A stretch of 64,000 bases of DNA from Bacteroidia bacterium (GTDB lineage: Bacteria > Bacteroidota > Bacteroidia > Flavobacteriales_E > Vicingaceae), in assembly GCA_030429925.1 (NCBI GenBank), contig JAUIGQ010000001.1:418-64417 (forward strand), given 5' to 3'. Shown here piece by piece: positions 17,592 to 27,915 of this stretch. Below the pieces are notes generated by a model, which was given only the letters and a program-made list of their open reading frames with translations, made no database searches and was not told the DNA's origin. The first letter of the stretch is position 1. Each line of letters begins with the position of its first letter. Both the position numbers and the translations under genes were made by a program.

Positions 17592-19301
17592 ATGAATATC
17601 CGCGAAAAGTTTTACCTCTTTCTTGTTTTGCTGGCTACTTTCATCCTCGGATTGATGGTAGGTACAAAGAACTGGGTCCATTTCCCATACGGTGATGGGA
17701 TGGACTATTTATTAATGTCAGAGAGTTTCTACCAGCACAAAACTCCGGATCTTAGGGAGAGGGATGCTGAGCACTATATAAGCTACCTTAAGAAGAGAAG
17801 TTTGCCATTGTATCAGATCGAGTCGCTTGAAGCGGGTACAAAGATCGATAGGAAGCTCAGTCGACTGCATTACTTGCCTTCTGAGGTAAATCATAGGTAT
17901 TACAACTATCACTTCTGGTTCTATTCCTTGCTTAACCAACCTGCAAGAGCTTTTTTTTACCATTTGAAAGGGGATATTTCCGCAAGCTTTTTGATGACGA
18001 ATTTGTTGCTCCTTCTATTTGGAGTATGGATGATCTTTCATCTAAAGGAAGTTGAACTGAAAAGGAAGATACTGTTATCATTACTGATGGTATTTTCTCC
18101 ACTTTTTTGGTATCTGGATTGGGTGCATACGGAAGTATACTCTTCTGTGCTGGTCTTCCTTTCATTGCTGTATTTCTTTGAATCTAAATGGTACTATGCA
18201 CTCCTCTTTGCATCATTGGCATCCATTCAAAATCAAGCCTTGATATTGCTCGCATTTACCATCGGTGTTTATTTGCTTTACCGAGAAGGAATAAAGTGGA
18301 AGGTTCTATGGAAGGCCTTTTTATGTGGACTTTGGGGTTTTCTTCCGATGCTTTTCTTCTTCTATCATTATGGTGATTATAGCTTAATTGATGGGGAAGG
18401 GTATTTAGATAGTTCTTATATGAGTTGGAAGAGGGTGTGGAGCTTTTTCTTTGACATCAATCAAGGGATGATCGTTGGTATACCTCTAGTCTTGTTTGTC
18501 TTGATCTATTGGCTGATCAAAGATATTACCAATAGAAAGTTGTACTTGGAGTACTTGTTTTTGATCCCTTTAGCCTTTATGATCTTCGCCATTATCCAAA
18601 CAGTTAACTGGAACCACGGTGCTGCAATTATGAACCGATATGCCGTTTGGTGTGCCATGATCTTGCTGCTGATCTTCGAGCGCAGACTTAGAAGACAATC
18701 GGAAAGGAAATATCTTGTTTTAATGTCCCTTTCTATTGTTTCAAGTGCAATCCTGATTTTTAGTCAACGTGATTTCAACAAGCTCTACTGGTCTTCCAAT
18801 GAGATCAACTCACTCACTAGCTATTTATGGAACAATTATCCATCACTTTATGATCCGGAACCCCAAATATTTGAAGCAAGAGTGCTGTGGATGGATTATT
18901 CCTTTACTGATTCAGTGAAGGTTTACGCCACAAAAGAAAAGAAGATTATGAAAATGCAGGTCAGCAGTTCTTCCTTGGATCAATTGAAATTGAGGGGAGT
19001 TGATCCTGAAAAGGTAGATAGTATAAGAACTGAATTGGACTATGTCAATGATAAGGCCTATCTAAATCTGAATACTCTGCAGGCTCTTGGATATGACCAA
19101 AGCAAAGACACCTTGATCGACTATATAGAGAAAACGAAGAGGTGGAATATGATGAAAAAGTATGTAAGGGATTTTAAGAAAGACAGCTCTTACGTTAATG
19201 GATTGAAGAGGTCAGGTGAAAGAGTTGTTTCTTCCATGTGGCAGAGAGCCGGCAGGCATTATCAAGATGAAGTTGATAAATACTGGGCCAGGAAAAGGTA
19301 A
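17592..19301 (+). CDS. Large polytopic membrane protein, possible GT-C-type glycosyltransferase (uncharacterised)
   Basis: 569 aa. About 10 hydrophobic segments over the first 390 aa. An acidic motif 'FPYGDGMDYLLMSE' follows TM1. The soluble, charged C-terminal domain is about 180 aa. Confidence 0.35.
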   Translation: MNIREKFYLFLVLLATFILGLMVGTKNWVHFPYGDGMDYLLMSESFYQHKTPDLRERDAEHYISYLKKRSLPLYQIESLEAGTKIDRKLSRLHYLPSEVNHRYYNYHFWFYSLLNQPARAFFYHLKGDISASFLMTNLLLLLFGVWMIFHLKEVELKRKILLSLLMVFSPLFWYLDWVHTEVYSSVLVFLSLLYFFESKWYYALLFASLASIQNQALILLAFTIGVYLLYREGIKWKVLWKAFLCGLWGFLPMLFFFYHYGDYSLIDGEGYLDSSYMSWKRVWSFFFDINQGMIVGIPLVLFVLIYWLIKDITNRKLYLEYLFLIPLAFMIFAIIQTVNWNHGAAIMNRYAVWCAMILLLIFERRLRRQSERKYLVLMSLSIVSSAILIFSQRDFNKLYWSSNEINSLTSYLWNNYPSLYDPEPQIFEARVLWMDYSFTDSVKVYATKEKKIMKMQVSSSSLDQLKLRGVDPEKVDSIRTELDYVNDKAYLNLNTLQALGYDQSKDTLIDYIEKTKRWNMMKKYVRDFKKDSSYVNGLKRSGERVVSSMWQRAGRHYQDEVDKYWARKR

Positions 19302-19306
19302 ATGAT

Positions 19307-20038
19307 CTAAGAATAGCGCAAATAGATTCGAAGAAGATCTAGAGGTGCTATGAAGAAGTAGGTAGCCTTGATCTTTGAAACTGCCTTATCTTCCCATCTT
19401 TTCAGGGGCATTTCTACGATCTCATTCTCAGGCTGGCTCGTGAGTTTCTTCAATCTAAAGATCAATTCAACATCAAATAGCCACCTAGAGATAAAAGAGT
19501 CTTTAAATATTTTTATAGCCTTTTCCGTCTTGATCAGCTTCGCCCCACATTGAGTATCATAGATGGGCAGCTTCAGCATATTGCTGACAATTGTTGCGAA
19601 GATCCTTCCGATATAATGTCTCCTCAACTTCCTTTTAATATCTGTCATGCCTAGGATCTTGATCCTGGAACCAATGATCAACTGAGCATTATTATATTCC
19701 ATAGCCACACTTCTTAGTCTTTGAAGCTCACTTAGAGGTGTAGCCAGATCAGCATCGAAATAGCCAATGTATTCGCAATTTGTTGATCTGGAGTCTATGA
19801 CTGCTGAGCGGATTGCTTCTGCCTTTCCCACATTCTTTTCCAGGTGCAGACAACTACAATGGGTAAAATTTTCACTGAGGTTTTTCAAGAGATCGAGGGT
19901 GCTGTCGGTGCTTCCATCATCCACAAAAAGGAATTCAAAGTGCTTTGATCCTTCAGATCCAAGATATGCGCTATACTCATCTACAGGCATCCTATTGGAT
20001 TCATTGTAACAGGGTATTATGATCAAGCACTTACTCAT
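19307..20038 (-). CDS. Family 2 glycosyltransferase, dolichyl/polyprenyl-phosphate beta-glucosyltransferase-like
   Basis: 'IIIPCYNES', 'VDDGSTDST', 'FDADLATP' (DxD) and 'RWLFDVELIFRL'. The ATG at 20038 is preferred and gives an 8-nt overlap with the upstream methyltransferase stop. Confidence 0.8.
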   Translation of the reverse strand: MSKCLIIIPCYNESNRMPVDEYSAYLGSEGSKHFEFLFVDDGSTDSTLDLLKNLSENFTHCSCLHLEKNVGKAEAIRSAVIDSRSTNCEYIGYFDADLATPLSELQRLRSVAMEYNNAQLIIGSRIKILGMTDIKRKLRRHYIGRIFATIVSNMLKLPIYDTQCGAKLIKTEKAIKIFKDSFISRWLFDVELIFRLKKLTSQPENEIVEMPLKRWEDKAVSKIKATYFFIAPLDLLRIYLRYS

Positions 20039-20840
20039 CTTTAATCTCTTGAGATCTAACTTTTGGTCTGGCAATGGCAAAGACAGACAGTCCGGCTATA
20101 CTTAGTCCTATTTTCCTCATCCAGCTTCCAAGCTTATAATCGAATATAAGGGTGTTTTTTATAATGGGATCTACCCAGCTTTTTTGATGGCCTCCAATTC
20201 CCTGTACTTCCTCCTTCTTTAGGCCAAGCTTCTCCAATAGTTTGATCAATAATCTAGGTAGCAACAAACTACTAAAATAGTAACCACTGTATTCTACTTC
20301 AAGTCCGGCACTTTCAAGAGCATGCCGCAAACTTCTTTTAGTATACCTCCGATAGTGCTTAAGAAAATCGTCATGAGCGCAATACAGAGATTGAAAAGCA
20401 GGTACAGTGATCAAAAAGCTTGTCTCGCTGCCAATAGAAGCAGACCTTTCAATTGATTCTTTTAAAAAGTCGACCTCATTTTCTATATGCTCTATCACAT
20501 CTAACAAAAGCACAAGATCTACCTTCTCAGTCTCTTGAACAGCTTCCTCAAGCTCTGAATGGATCTTGAACCTAGTTGGGTCCAGTTTCTTTCGGTATTT
20601 TTGTATCAACTCTGCGGTAAAAGCAGTGTCAACCGCAGTAAATCTTGCGTTCTCAAGTTCATTGGACAATTGTTCTATCAACCAAACATCTCCGCAACCA
20701 ATGTCTAATATCTCAAAGCTGGAAGACTTTTCACTGCCATTGATTCCTTTAATAAGATCTAAGACCACTTGATACCTTGCCTCTTCCCAAGGATGTCGGG
20801 CAGAGTTTTCATTGCTTATCTCGGATTCTACTAGATCCAT
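20031..20840 (-). CDS. Class I SAM-dependent methyltransferase
   Basis: Motif I 'ILDIGCGDVWL', an acidic post-I 'AVD', and 'LLLDVIEHI'. 269 aa. Confidence 0.8.
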   Translation of the reverse strand: MDLVESEISNENSARHPWEEARYQVVLDLIKGINGSEKSSSFEILDIGCGDVWLIEQLSNELENARFTAVDTAFTAELIQKYRKKLDPTRFKIHSELEEAVQETEKVDLVLLLDVIEHIENEVDFLKESIERSASIGSETSFLITVPAFQSLYCAHDDFLKHYRRYTKRSLRHALESAGLEVEYSGYYFSSLLLPRLLIKLLEKLGLKKEEVQGIGGHQKSWVDPIIKNTLIFDYKLGSWMRKIGLSIAGLSVFAIARPKVRSQEIKDE

Positions 20841-20866
20841 ACGATCATATATTCTTGAAGCATCAT

Positions 20867-22474
20867 TTACCAGTAATATGGTATCAATTGAACACCTTCC
20901 AATGAAGCTTCATTTTTCTTGAGCCAGAAGTTCAATGCTTGTTTATCAGTTTTTCTATAGAATGACATAAAGTGGGCAGGGTATCGTTCTGAAAAACCAT
21001 TTACACATTTTAATCCCACCCTCTGACAGGCTAGCATAGTCGCCATATGATGGAAAGCTATTTCAGCATTCTTGATCTCCTTGTTAGGGAACTGAAATGC
21101 GATAGCTTCATAAATAGGAACATAAGTTTCGGTGATCTTTTTTGAGATGTATTCAATCTCTTCAATGGATTTTGACTTTTCAAATCTCTTGATCTCCCAG
21201 TTTACCTTGAAGGTGTTGTCAACAACTGCCAAAACACATAATCCAAGGATCACAGATTGAGCCTTCGAGAAGTTTTTAAGATATAGGATCAATACCTCTG
21301 CAGCTAGCAATAAGAGGAAGATCAGGTTGATATTTATAAATCGATTGATTGACCCAATATAGGAAAAGCCCGGAATGCTAAAGATCAATTGGTAAAGAGA
21401 TAGATCTCCAATTCTAAGGGTAAACAAGACTCCAACAAGCATCAAGGTCATAAAGAAGTAGAACCTTGTTCCAAGGTTTTTAAAACCCAATTTAATACCT
21501 AGTGGAATAAGAGATAGAAAGCATAGAAATGGGAGAATACCCGGATACAGAAAATGCACCCACCATTGATCGAACTTAAAGGCGCTATGAGAAAACAGTG
21601 CCTTCCCCCAAAGGGTTGAAGTGGGTGGAGAAAAGAAGTATGATCTTAATCTAGGAATGGAATTCTTTATTTGCTCAAAGTCCCTTTCGGCAAATCCATC
21701 TAATACAGCTTGGTAGGGTGCAAGTAAATAGAACAGAGCAACTAATGAGCTAATGATCAGAGCAAAGTGGAGGAGATACACTTTTTTAAAACTGAATGAT
21801 CCGATTGCATTTTTAATATCGTTTCGAAAGAAGATCGGACATAGTACAGATAGTAATAGCAGTCCATAAAGAGTTATTATTCCTAAAGACCTTCCACAGA
21901 GGAATTGAAGAAATAAGGCGATACATGCATAGGACAAATAAACCAACTTTCCTTTCTTCAAGAAAGAATAGAAGAACATCAATGTTAGTGGAATAAAGAA
22001 TCTTGGCAATAGCTGTAAGTGATTAAGCTGACCTAAATTGTATAGTCCAAAAGCAAATATGTAGGCAATGAAAATTGAAACAAATGAATTCTGAAAGATC
22101 TTCTTGAAGGCAACAAAAGAGATCAGATAGTTCAAGCCAAACATTGTAATGATCCACAACTGAAATGAGGTATGATCATCAAAGCTCATCCATCGGAAAA
22201 GGGAATAAATTAGAATAGTTCCCAAGGAACTCTCTGAATAAGCCATGGCACTTTTCGCCGGAAAGAAAAAGTTTGCGTTCCAGTAGGAACTTACATTGCC
22301 TATCAGATACTGATATCCATGTTCTAATTGATATAGTATAAGCCTGGCTCCTCCATGATCTCCGGGGATAAATGACAGTTCGCTACCCATTATTCTAACC
22401 GGCATATAGTACAGTCCGAATAGGAGTAAAGAGATCAAAATGAAGAGTGTAAGTGACCTTTGTTCTTTCATCAA
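20867..22474 (-). CDS. Large polytopic membrane protein, possible GT-C-type glycosyltransferase (uncharacterised)
   Basis: 535 aa with about 12 hydrophobic segments. The first loop is 'FIPGDHGGARLILYQLEHG' followed by 'NANFFFPAKSAMAYSES'. It is the first gene of a membrane protein / methyltransferase / GT2 string. Confidence 0.35.
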   Translation of the reverse strand: MMKEQRSLTLFILISLLLFGLYYMPVRIMGSELSFIPGDHGGARLILYQLEHGYQYLIGNVSSYWNANFFFPAKSAMAYSESSLGTILIYSLFRWMSFDDHTSFQLWIITMFGLNYLISFVAFKKIFQNSFVSIFIAYIFAFGLYNLGQLNHLQLLPRFFIPLTLMFFYSFLKKGKLVYLSYACIALFLQFLCGRSLGIITLYGLLLLSVLCPIFFRNDIKNAIGSFSFKKVYLLHFALIISSLVALFYLLAPYQAVLDGFAERDFEQIKNSIPRLRSYFFSPPTSTLWGKALFSHSAFKFDQWWVHFLYPGILPFLCFLSLIPLGIKLGFKNLGTRFYFFMTLMLVGVLFTLRIGDLSLYQLIFSIPGFSYIGSINRFININLIFLLLLAAEVLILYLKNFSKAQSVILGLCVLAVVDNTFKVNWEIKRFEKSKSIEEIEYISKKITETYVPIYEAIAFQFPNKEIKNAEIAFHHMATMLACQRVGLKCVNGFSERYPAHFMSFYRKTDKQALNFWLKKNEASLEGVQLIPYYW

Positions 22475-22546
22475 TTTTCCGGAATCATTGCTTTCTCAAA
22501 TTTTTCAGTTATAATTCTGAATTTTGAGCCTTCGGAATTTATAAGG

Positions 22547-24151
22547 ATGGTTAACAGAATATTTATCTTTTTTCTCTTAGTAACAGCTAGCTTACTTTCT
22601 TGCAATAATACAAGAAATAAGGATTTTGTATACACTGAGGGCAAAAGTTTGATGCTTGGAGGAGAAAAATATTTTCCTATTATGATCAACTATGTGACTT
22701 CAATCAGGTTGATAGATAATCAGTTTGTAATAGGTCCTTCCATTGAGTACGACAAGCCCGGTGTATTTGAAAGCAGAACCGAAGAGGAAGCTTATCAAAG
22801 AATGAAGGTACATTTTAAGGCCATTAAGCAAATGGGCTTCAATGCGATCCGTTTTGTTGGCCTGAATCCCATTGATTATGAAGCTCAAAATAACACCTCT
22901 ATAGCCGTCTTTGATTATTTTGACGAGATGGGAGAAAGGAGCAGTGAAGAAGTGGTTTGGATGGAAGATCAACTTTTGAGTTCAATGGATAAGATCGTTG
23001 ATCTGGCAAGTGAGATGGAGCTAAGGTTGATGGTCATCCTGCCAAGGCCAAGGAGAAAGGAAGAAGAGAATAGGGTGAGGCTGAATTTCATTGAAAAAGT
23101 CTTGAAAAGATATAATTCAAACCCTACTATCTTCTCTTATGATTTCTTCAATGAGCCCATTTATTTCGACAATGCAGAATTTGCAAACTACAATGAAAGA
23201 AGAAGGGACAAGAGAGATGCTAAACGACTAGTTAGCAGGTGGAAACAGATGATGCAAGTGCATGCTCCAAGTCAGCTTTTAACCATTGGTTTCTCAGAAC
23301 CAATTGAAGTGTTTGAATGGGATCCAAGTATATTGGATGTTGATTTTGTTTCCATACACACTTATCACCCCTTAAGAGTGCCCAATGAGATCTATTGGTT
23401 TTCAAATCATATGAGCAAGCCTTGGCTGATCAGTGAAACCTCTCTTCCGGCTGAAAATGACTCTATCAGCTACGAAGACCAAGCCATATTTATGACCGAA
23501 GCTTTACAACGAACGATAGATTGTGGTGGGGCCGGTTTTGGCTGGTGGCAATACCAAGAGGTCAAATGGGGGCCTTTCGAGCATAACTATACTGCCATGG
23601 TTGACCTCCATGGAGAGACAAAAATAGGAGATGACAAGATCTTTGGTACCATTAAACCAGCAGCGAAGGCTCTCGCATCTTTTGATTTTTCTAAAAAGGG
23701 GGAATGTAATTGCCATGTGAACTATTACAATATGCTGGGGTTTGAGAACTATTTGATCAAAGGAGAGATCGTGGATTACACGAGCGGTGAGCCAATTGAA
23801 GGAGCAGTGATCAGAGCTTGGAATCGCAATTGGAGGGTTGGGATCAATACTTTCTCAAATGAGAATGGAGAATTCAATCTTTATTCTAATGATGAATCAG
23901 TGCACTTTGAGATCTCTGCACCTGGAATGAACACTGAGAAGTTTGATCTTCGATTAAAATATGATACTACAGCAGCCTACACCAGTGAAGGATTATCAGA
24001 AGTTGATCTTGAATATCACAAGGTTCATTTTCAGAAATTCTTGAAAGAAGAGAGCAGGGGGAAGTCAGTTTTTGACTTTGACCCCAAATACTTTGACAAT
24101 AGTAAGCTTCAAGCCAAAATGAAGACTATTAGATTGAGAGAGATCTTATAA
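22547..24151 (+). CDS. Lipoprotein glycoside hydrolase, GH5-like (clan GH-A), with a C-terminal carboxypeptidase-regulatory-like beta-sandwich
   Basis: Lipobox 'LLVTASLLSCNN'. 'FDFFNEP' (NEP acid/base), 'VSIHTYHP' and 'WLISETS' (candidate nucleophile Glu). C-terminal 'GEIVDYTSGEPIEGAVIRAWN'. The ATG at 22547 is preferred. Confidence 0.6.
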   Translation: MVNRIFIFFLLVTASLLSCNNTRNKDFVYTEGKSLMLGGEKYFPIMINYVTSIRLIDNQFVIGPSIEYDKPGVFESRTEEEAYQRMKVHFKAIKQMGFNAIRFVGLNPIDYEAQNNTSIAVFDYFDEMGERSSEEVVWMEDQLLSSMDKIVDLASEMELRLMVILPRPRRKEEENRVRLNFIEKVLKRYNSNPTIFSYDFFNEPIYFDNAEFANYNERRRDKRDAKRLVSRWKQMMQVHAPSQLLTIGFSEPIEVFEWDPSILDVDFVSIHTYHPLRVPNEIYWFSNHMSKPWLISETSLPAENDSISYEDQAIFMTEALQRTIDCGGAGFGWWQYQEVKWGPFEHNYTAMVDLHGETKIGDDKIFGTIKPAAKALASFDFSKKGECNCHVNYYNMLGFENYLIKGEIVDYTSGEPIEGAVIRAWNRNWRVGINTFSNENGEFNLYSNDESVHFEISAPGMNTEKFDLRLKYDTTAAYTSEGLSEVDLEYHKVHFQKFLKEESRGKSVFDFDPKYFDNSKLQAKMKTIRLREIL

Positions 24152-24160
24152 GGGGATAGA

Positions 24161-26434
24161 TCACCTATTGGAGTAATCGCACTTTAGATAGTTGATGAAA
24201 GCTTCCTCCCCGGATTCATTCCAAACATAGAACTTCAATTCTGATCCCTCAGGGTAGTTAGCCAATAGTTTATAACTGTAATCAATGCTTTGCCATTCTA
24301 TACTTGGTGGGATATAGATGTTCTCATATGCAAGCAGTTCTCCTGCTTTTTCAACTTTGACAACCAAATAGGTTTTGTCACTCTTTCTATTCAGAAGATG
24401 AACCTTGAAGTTTAATTTTTTGAAGGAGAGTTTATCAAGCTCATTCAAGACTAAAGTTGAACTGTATGGGTTTGATGCAAAGACCTTTTCGTAATTGTTA
24501 TTTACGATCCATTTCCAATCTGTTTTCCACAATCCCTGTTTTAGGTTGTTGTAATTTTGGATATAAGTAGTGTGATCAGGCCTAAGATCAGTAGAATCTC
24601 CAAGAATTTGAATTGAAAAGTCGTCAAAGTAGATCTGTCCTTCTCCCCAATATTTTAGATAGGTGTAAATAGTGTCTTTCTCCGATCGATAGTAAGGTGG
24701 CACATAGGCCGCTTGCAGCTCATACCAGTCTCCTGTCTTTTTAAATTGAGTTGGATCCATTTGATTTGAATTGGCTCCTCCCCAACCGTAGACTTTATTA
24801 TCACGATGATCTTTTACTTCAGTAACAACACTAAAAGGGTGATCCCAATAGTCGCCTTCAAGTTTAAACCTAAGGTTCATAACATAATAGATGTCTATTC
24901 CCACCTTAAGGCTTTCAAAGGTGTTAACGATCATTTCGCCTGCATTCCTCTCTTTATTTAGAATAAGCAATCCATCATGAGCAATGCTATCTAGGGATGA
25001 ATTATCAGCTACCTTCTCAGCCTCAAAACTTGTGTAATGGATCATTGAGTTTAGCTCAGGTCTTGAATCGGGCAACTTGGTCTTACCTCTGGGATATTCT
25101 AAGAGGTGAAGCTTGGAAGGATCGTACTTGGTTGTTCCAAATACTTCCCAATAGTATTCCTTGTTCATCCGCAGTGTATGAATGATTCCCTTTCTCTGCT
25201 GCCAGGTTTGGAAGAGATTCAAACTCATACAAGCCAATAGAAAAAGAGATAATGCAACGGCAGGGATCCTGATCTTTTGATAGACAGAAGAATAGAGGAA
25301 GCCCAACGGGAACAAGTACATCGGATAGGTTTGAACTATGGAACGTTGGCTGAAACTATCAGCATACCACCAGCAATCCCAACTGCTGAGGATCCAAATA
25401 TTTACTAGTCCGAAAAGAAGGAAGGGATAGAAAAGCCTCTTTTCTTTTTTGTATAAGAAGTAGTAAGAGATAAAGAATAGGAAGGCAATTGGAGTATAAA
25501 GAAGCCATCCTTTCTTATAGCTAAATAGATACTCGATGAGATAGGGATCTGTGAGTTTGAAGTTCTCAAAGATGTAACTATCGTGAACAACTTTTTTGGT
25601 AAGGGCCAGCCAATAGATCACTTGAAGCAATCCAATTCCAATTACTATAGCTGAGCCTATCAGCAGATCCTTTTTATGCTCTGCAAAAAGAGCAAACCTA
25701 TCTTTTAGTTCCTCTTTCTTTGTAATTCCCCAGAGGAGCAATACCACTAAGAACAGCAATTCATTCGGCCTACTCAATACGGTTATTCCAAAAAAGATGG
25801 AGACAATGACCAAGTGGATCCTCTTATGATCTCTATACCATAAATGTGTGAAATAGAGAAGAATAGAGTAATTGGTGAAGAGATAGATATGAGGAGAGGT
25901 GGTATTATTGATGGCGATCTGGAAGTAGTTCGTTCCCGCAATAAGCGTTAGCAACAACAAGGCAGTTATCTTGTCTGAAAAATAGAATAGCAAGAACCTC
26001 CTCAGAAATACCAAGCCAATGGCTAACCAAATGAATGAGTAGGCCAAAAGACCAATTTGATAGGGTGTTGATAGTCCATCTGCAGGATAGTTGCTGTCCA
26101 AATTGGAGTAAATATGTGAGAGGAAGAATGCCGGCGAATACATCATTGACATTCCCATAGTATATTGGATCACCCTTGAGCCATTTCCTCTTTTGTGGGC
26201 TTGATAGAAGGCATAAGAAGGGCGATACTTTTCTTGGAGATCATTGATCCACTTCTCATCTTTTAATTGAATGTCATTGTAAATGAAGGTTGCCGGCAGA
26301 TAGAGGTAATATCCATAATCATCGTAAGAGATCACACCGTAGTTCCCCTTCCCCCAGTTCGGATTGAGAACTCTGAAGTATACAATGCTAAGGATGGCAA
26401 GCAAAACGATTGAAGCTGACCGGTATGCTTTCAT
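24161..26434 (-). CDS. Polytopic membrane protein, possibly GT-C-like, with a large extracytoplasmic C-terminal region (two beta-sandwich/CBM-like modules)
   Basis: About 757 aa from the ATG at 26434, which forms an ATGA overlap with the upstream GT2 stop. The first loop is '[14 protein letters not shown]'. About 12 TM segments, then a soluble region of about 330 aa containing '[14 protein letters not shown]' and '[12 protein letters not shown]'. Confidence 0.4.
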   Translation of the reverse strand: MKAYRSASIVLLAILSIVYFRVLNPNWGKGNYGVISYDDYGYYLYLPATFIYNDIQLKDEKWINDLQEKYRPSYAFYQAHKRGNGSRVIQYTMGMSMMYSPAFFLSHIYSNLDSNYPADGLSTPYQIGLLAYSFIWLAIGLVFLRRFLLFYFSDKITALLLLTLIAGTNYFQIAINNTTSPHIYLFTNYSILLYFTHLWYRDHKRIHLVIVSIFFGITVLSRPNELLFLVVLLLWGITKKEELKDRFALFAEHKKDLLIGSAIVIGIGLLQVIYWLALTKKVVHDSYIFENFKLTDPYLIEYLFSYKKGWLLYTPIAFLFFISYYFLYKKEKRLFYPFLLFGLVNIWILSSWDCWWYADSFSQRSIVQTYPMYLFPLGFLYSSVYQKIRIPAVALSLFLLACMSLNLFQTWQQRKGIIHTLRMNKEYYWEVFGTTKYDPSKLHLLEYPRGKTKLPDSRPELNSMIHYTSFEAEKVADNSSLDSIAHDGLLILNKERNAGEMIVNTFESLKVGIDIYYVMNLRFKLEGDYWDHPFSVVTEVKDHRDNKVYGWGGANSNQMDPTQFKKTGDWYELQAAYVPPYYRSEKDTIYTYLKYWGEGQIYFDDFSIQILGDSTDLRPDHTTYIQNYNNLKQGLWKTDWKWIVNNNYEKVFASNPYSSTLVLNELDKLSFKKLNFKVHLLNRKSDKTYLVVKVEKAGELLAYENIYIPPSIEWQSIDYSYKLLANYPEGSELKFYVWNESGEEAFINYLKCDYSNR

Positions 26435-27147
26435 TTGAACAGACCAAACTTTACAATGCAATACAATGCCCTAAATCCATCTTTCCATCCGATCTTCTTC
26501 CCGTCCTCATAGGTTCTACCATAATAAGAGATGCCAACTTCGTAGATCCTGATCTTGGGAATTCTAGAAAGTTTTGCAGTGACCTCCGGCTCGAATCCAA
26601 ATCTTTTTTCCGTCAATTTTAAGGACTGAGCGATCTTGGTATCGATCAATTTGTAGCATGTTTCCATATCTGTAAGATTCAGATTGGTAAACATATTGGA
26701 GAGTTGGGTAAGGAACTTATTTCCGATTGAATGCCAAAAGAACAGGATGCGATGAGGATTACCTCCGATAAATCTTGATCCATAAACCACATCGGCATTG
26801 CCTTCAACAACAGGCTTCAACAAGACATTATATTCTCTTGGGTCGTATTCGAGGTCGGCATCCTGGATGATCAAATAATCTCCTTCAGCCAATTCAATTG
26901 CCTTGTGTAAGGCAGCACCTTTACCCAAGTTCTTTTCTTGCTTATAATACTTGATGGGTAGGTTGGGGTTTTTAGCCATATAGGCTTGTACAACCTCTTC
27001 TGTATTGTCAGAAGAGTGATCATTTACAATAATGATCTCTTTGGAAATGCCATTGATCAATTCAACTTCCTTGACCTTGTTGAGAATGAGGTGAATGGTC
27101 TTTGCCTCGTTATAGGCGGGGATCAATATGGATAATTTCTGGATCAA
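26431..27147 (-). CDS. Family 2 glycosyltransferase, possibly polyprenyl-phosphate sugar synthase-like
   Basis: 'ILIPAYNE', 'VNDHSSDNT' and '[11 protein letters not shown]' (DxD). 238 aa. A 4-nt overlap couples it to the downstream polytopic protein. Confidence 0.8.
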   Translation of the reverse strand: MIQKLSILIPAYNEAKTIHLILNKVKEVELINGISKEIIIVNDHSSDNTEEVVQAYMAKNPNLPIKYYKQEKNLGKGAALHKAIELAEGDYLIIQDADLEYDPREYNVLLKPVVEGNADVVYGSRFIGGNPHRILFFWHSIGNKFLTQLSNMFTNLNLTDMETCYKLIDTKIAQSLKLTEKRFGFEPEVTAKLSRIPKIRIYEVGISYYGRTYEDGKKIGWKDGFRALYCIVKFGLFK

Positions 27148-27228
27148 GAGGGTTTTCTAATTAACAGTTTGATCTACAATCATAATGACTTTACAAGGAG
27201 TAATATTCGAGTACCCCCTTCTGTAAAC

Positions 27229-27882
27229 TTAGAGCTTCATCTCCGGAATTTCTCCTTCAATGATCAACTTTCCGGCTGTAGCTTCCTTGATCTCATCAAC
27301 AGTAACACCGAGGGCTCTTTCTTTCAAGACAAATGCTCCATCCTTTACTTCCAATAGAGCTAGGTTTGTAACAACTTTTGTAATGCAATTCACTCCGGTT
27401 AAGGGAAGGGTACATTTCTCCAATAATTTGGATTCTCCGGCTTTATTGGTATGCATCATGGCTACAATAATATTCTCTGCCGAAGCAACCAGATCCATGG
27501 CACCTCCCATTCCTTTTACCATTTTTCCAGGTATCTTCCAATTGGCGATGTCTCCGTTTTGATCTACCTCCATTGCTCCCAGAACGGTCAATTGAACCTT
27601 TCCTGCTCGGATCATTCCAAAAGAAGTAGAAGAGTCAAAGAATACAGATCCGGGTCTGGTAGTGATGGTTTGCTTTCCTGCATTGATCAGATCGGCATCT
27701 ACCTGATCTTCTGTTGGAAAAGGTCCCATTCCCAGCAGTCCATTTTCAGATTGAAAGGTTACATCAATGCCGTCGGGAATGTAGTTGGCAACTAGGGTAG
27801 GAATGCCAATGCCTAGATTTACGTACCATCCATCTTCCAACTCTTGTGCAATTCTCTTAGCTATACCGTTCTTGTCAAGCAT
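27229..27882 (-). CDS. scoB: 3-oxoacid CoA-transferase, subunit B
   Basis: 'FQSENGLLGMGP' (the catalytic Glu in the SENG motif). 217 aa. Adjacent to the A subunit. Confidence 0.92.
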   Translation of the reverse strand: MLDKNGIAKRIAQELEDGWYVNLGIGIPTLVANYIPDGIDVTFQSENGLLGMGPFPTEDQVDADLINAGKQTITTRPGSVFFDSSTSFGMIRAGKVQLTVLGAMEVDQNGDIANWKIPGKMVKGMGGAMDLVASAENIIVAMMHTNKAGESKLLEKCTLPLTGVNCITKVVTNLALLEVKDGAFVLKERALGVTVDEIKEATAGKLIIEGEIPEMKL

Positions 27883-27915
27883 TTCTTATAACTTTTTACT
27901 TTAAACTCTTTAACC

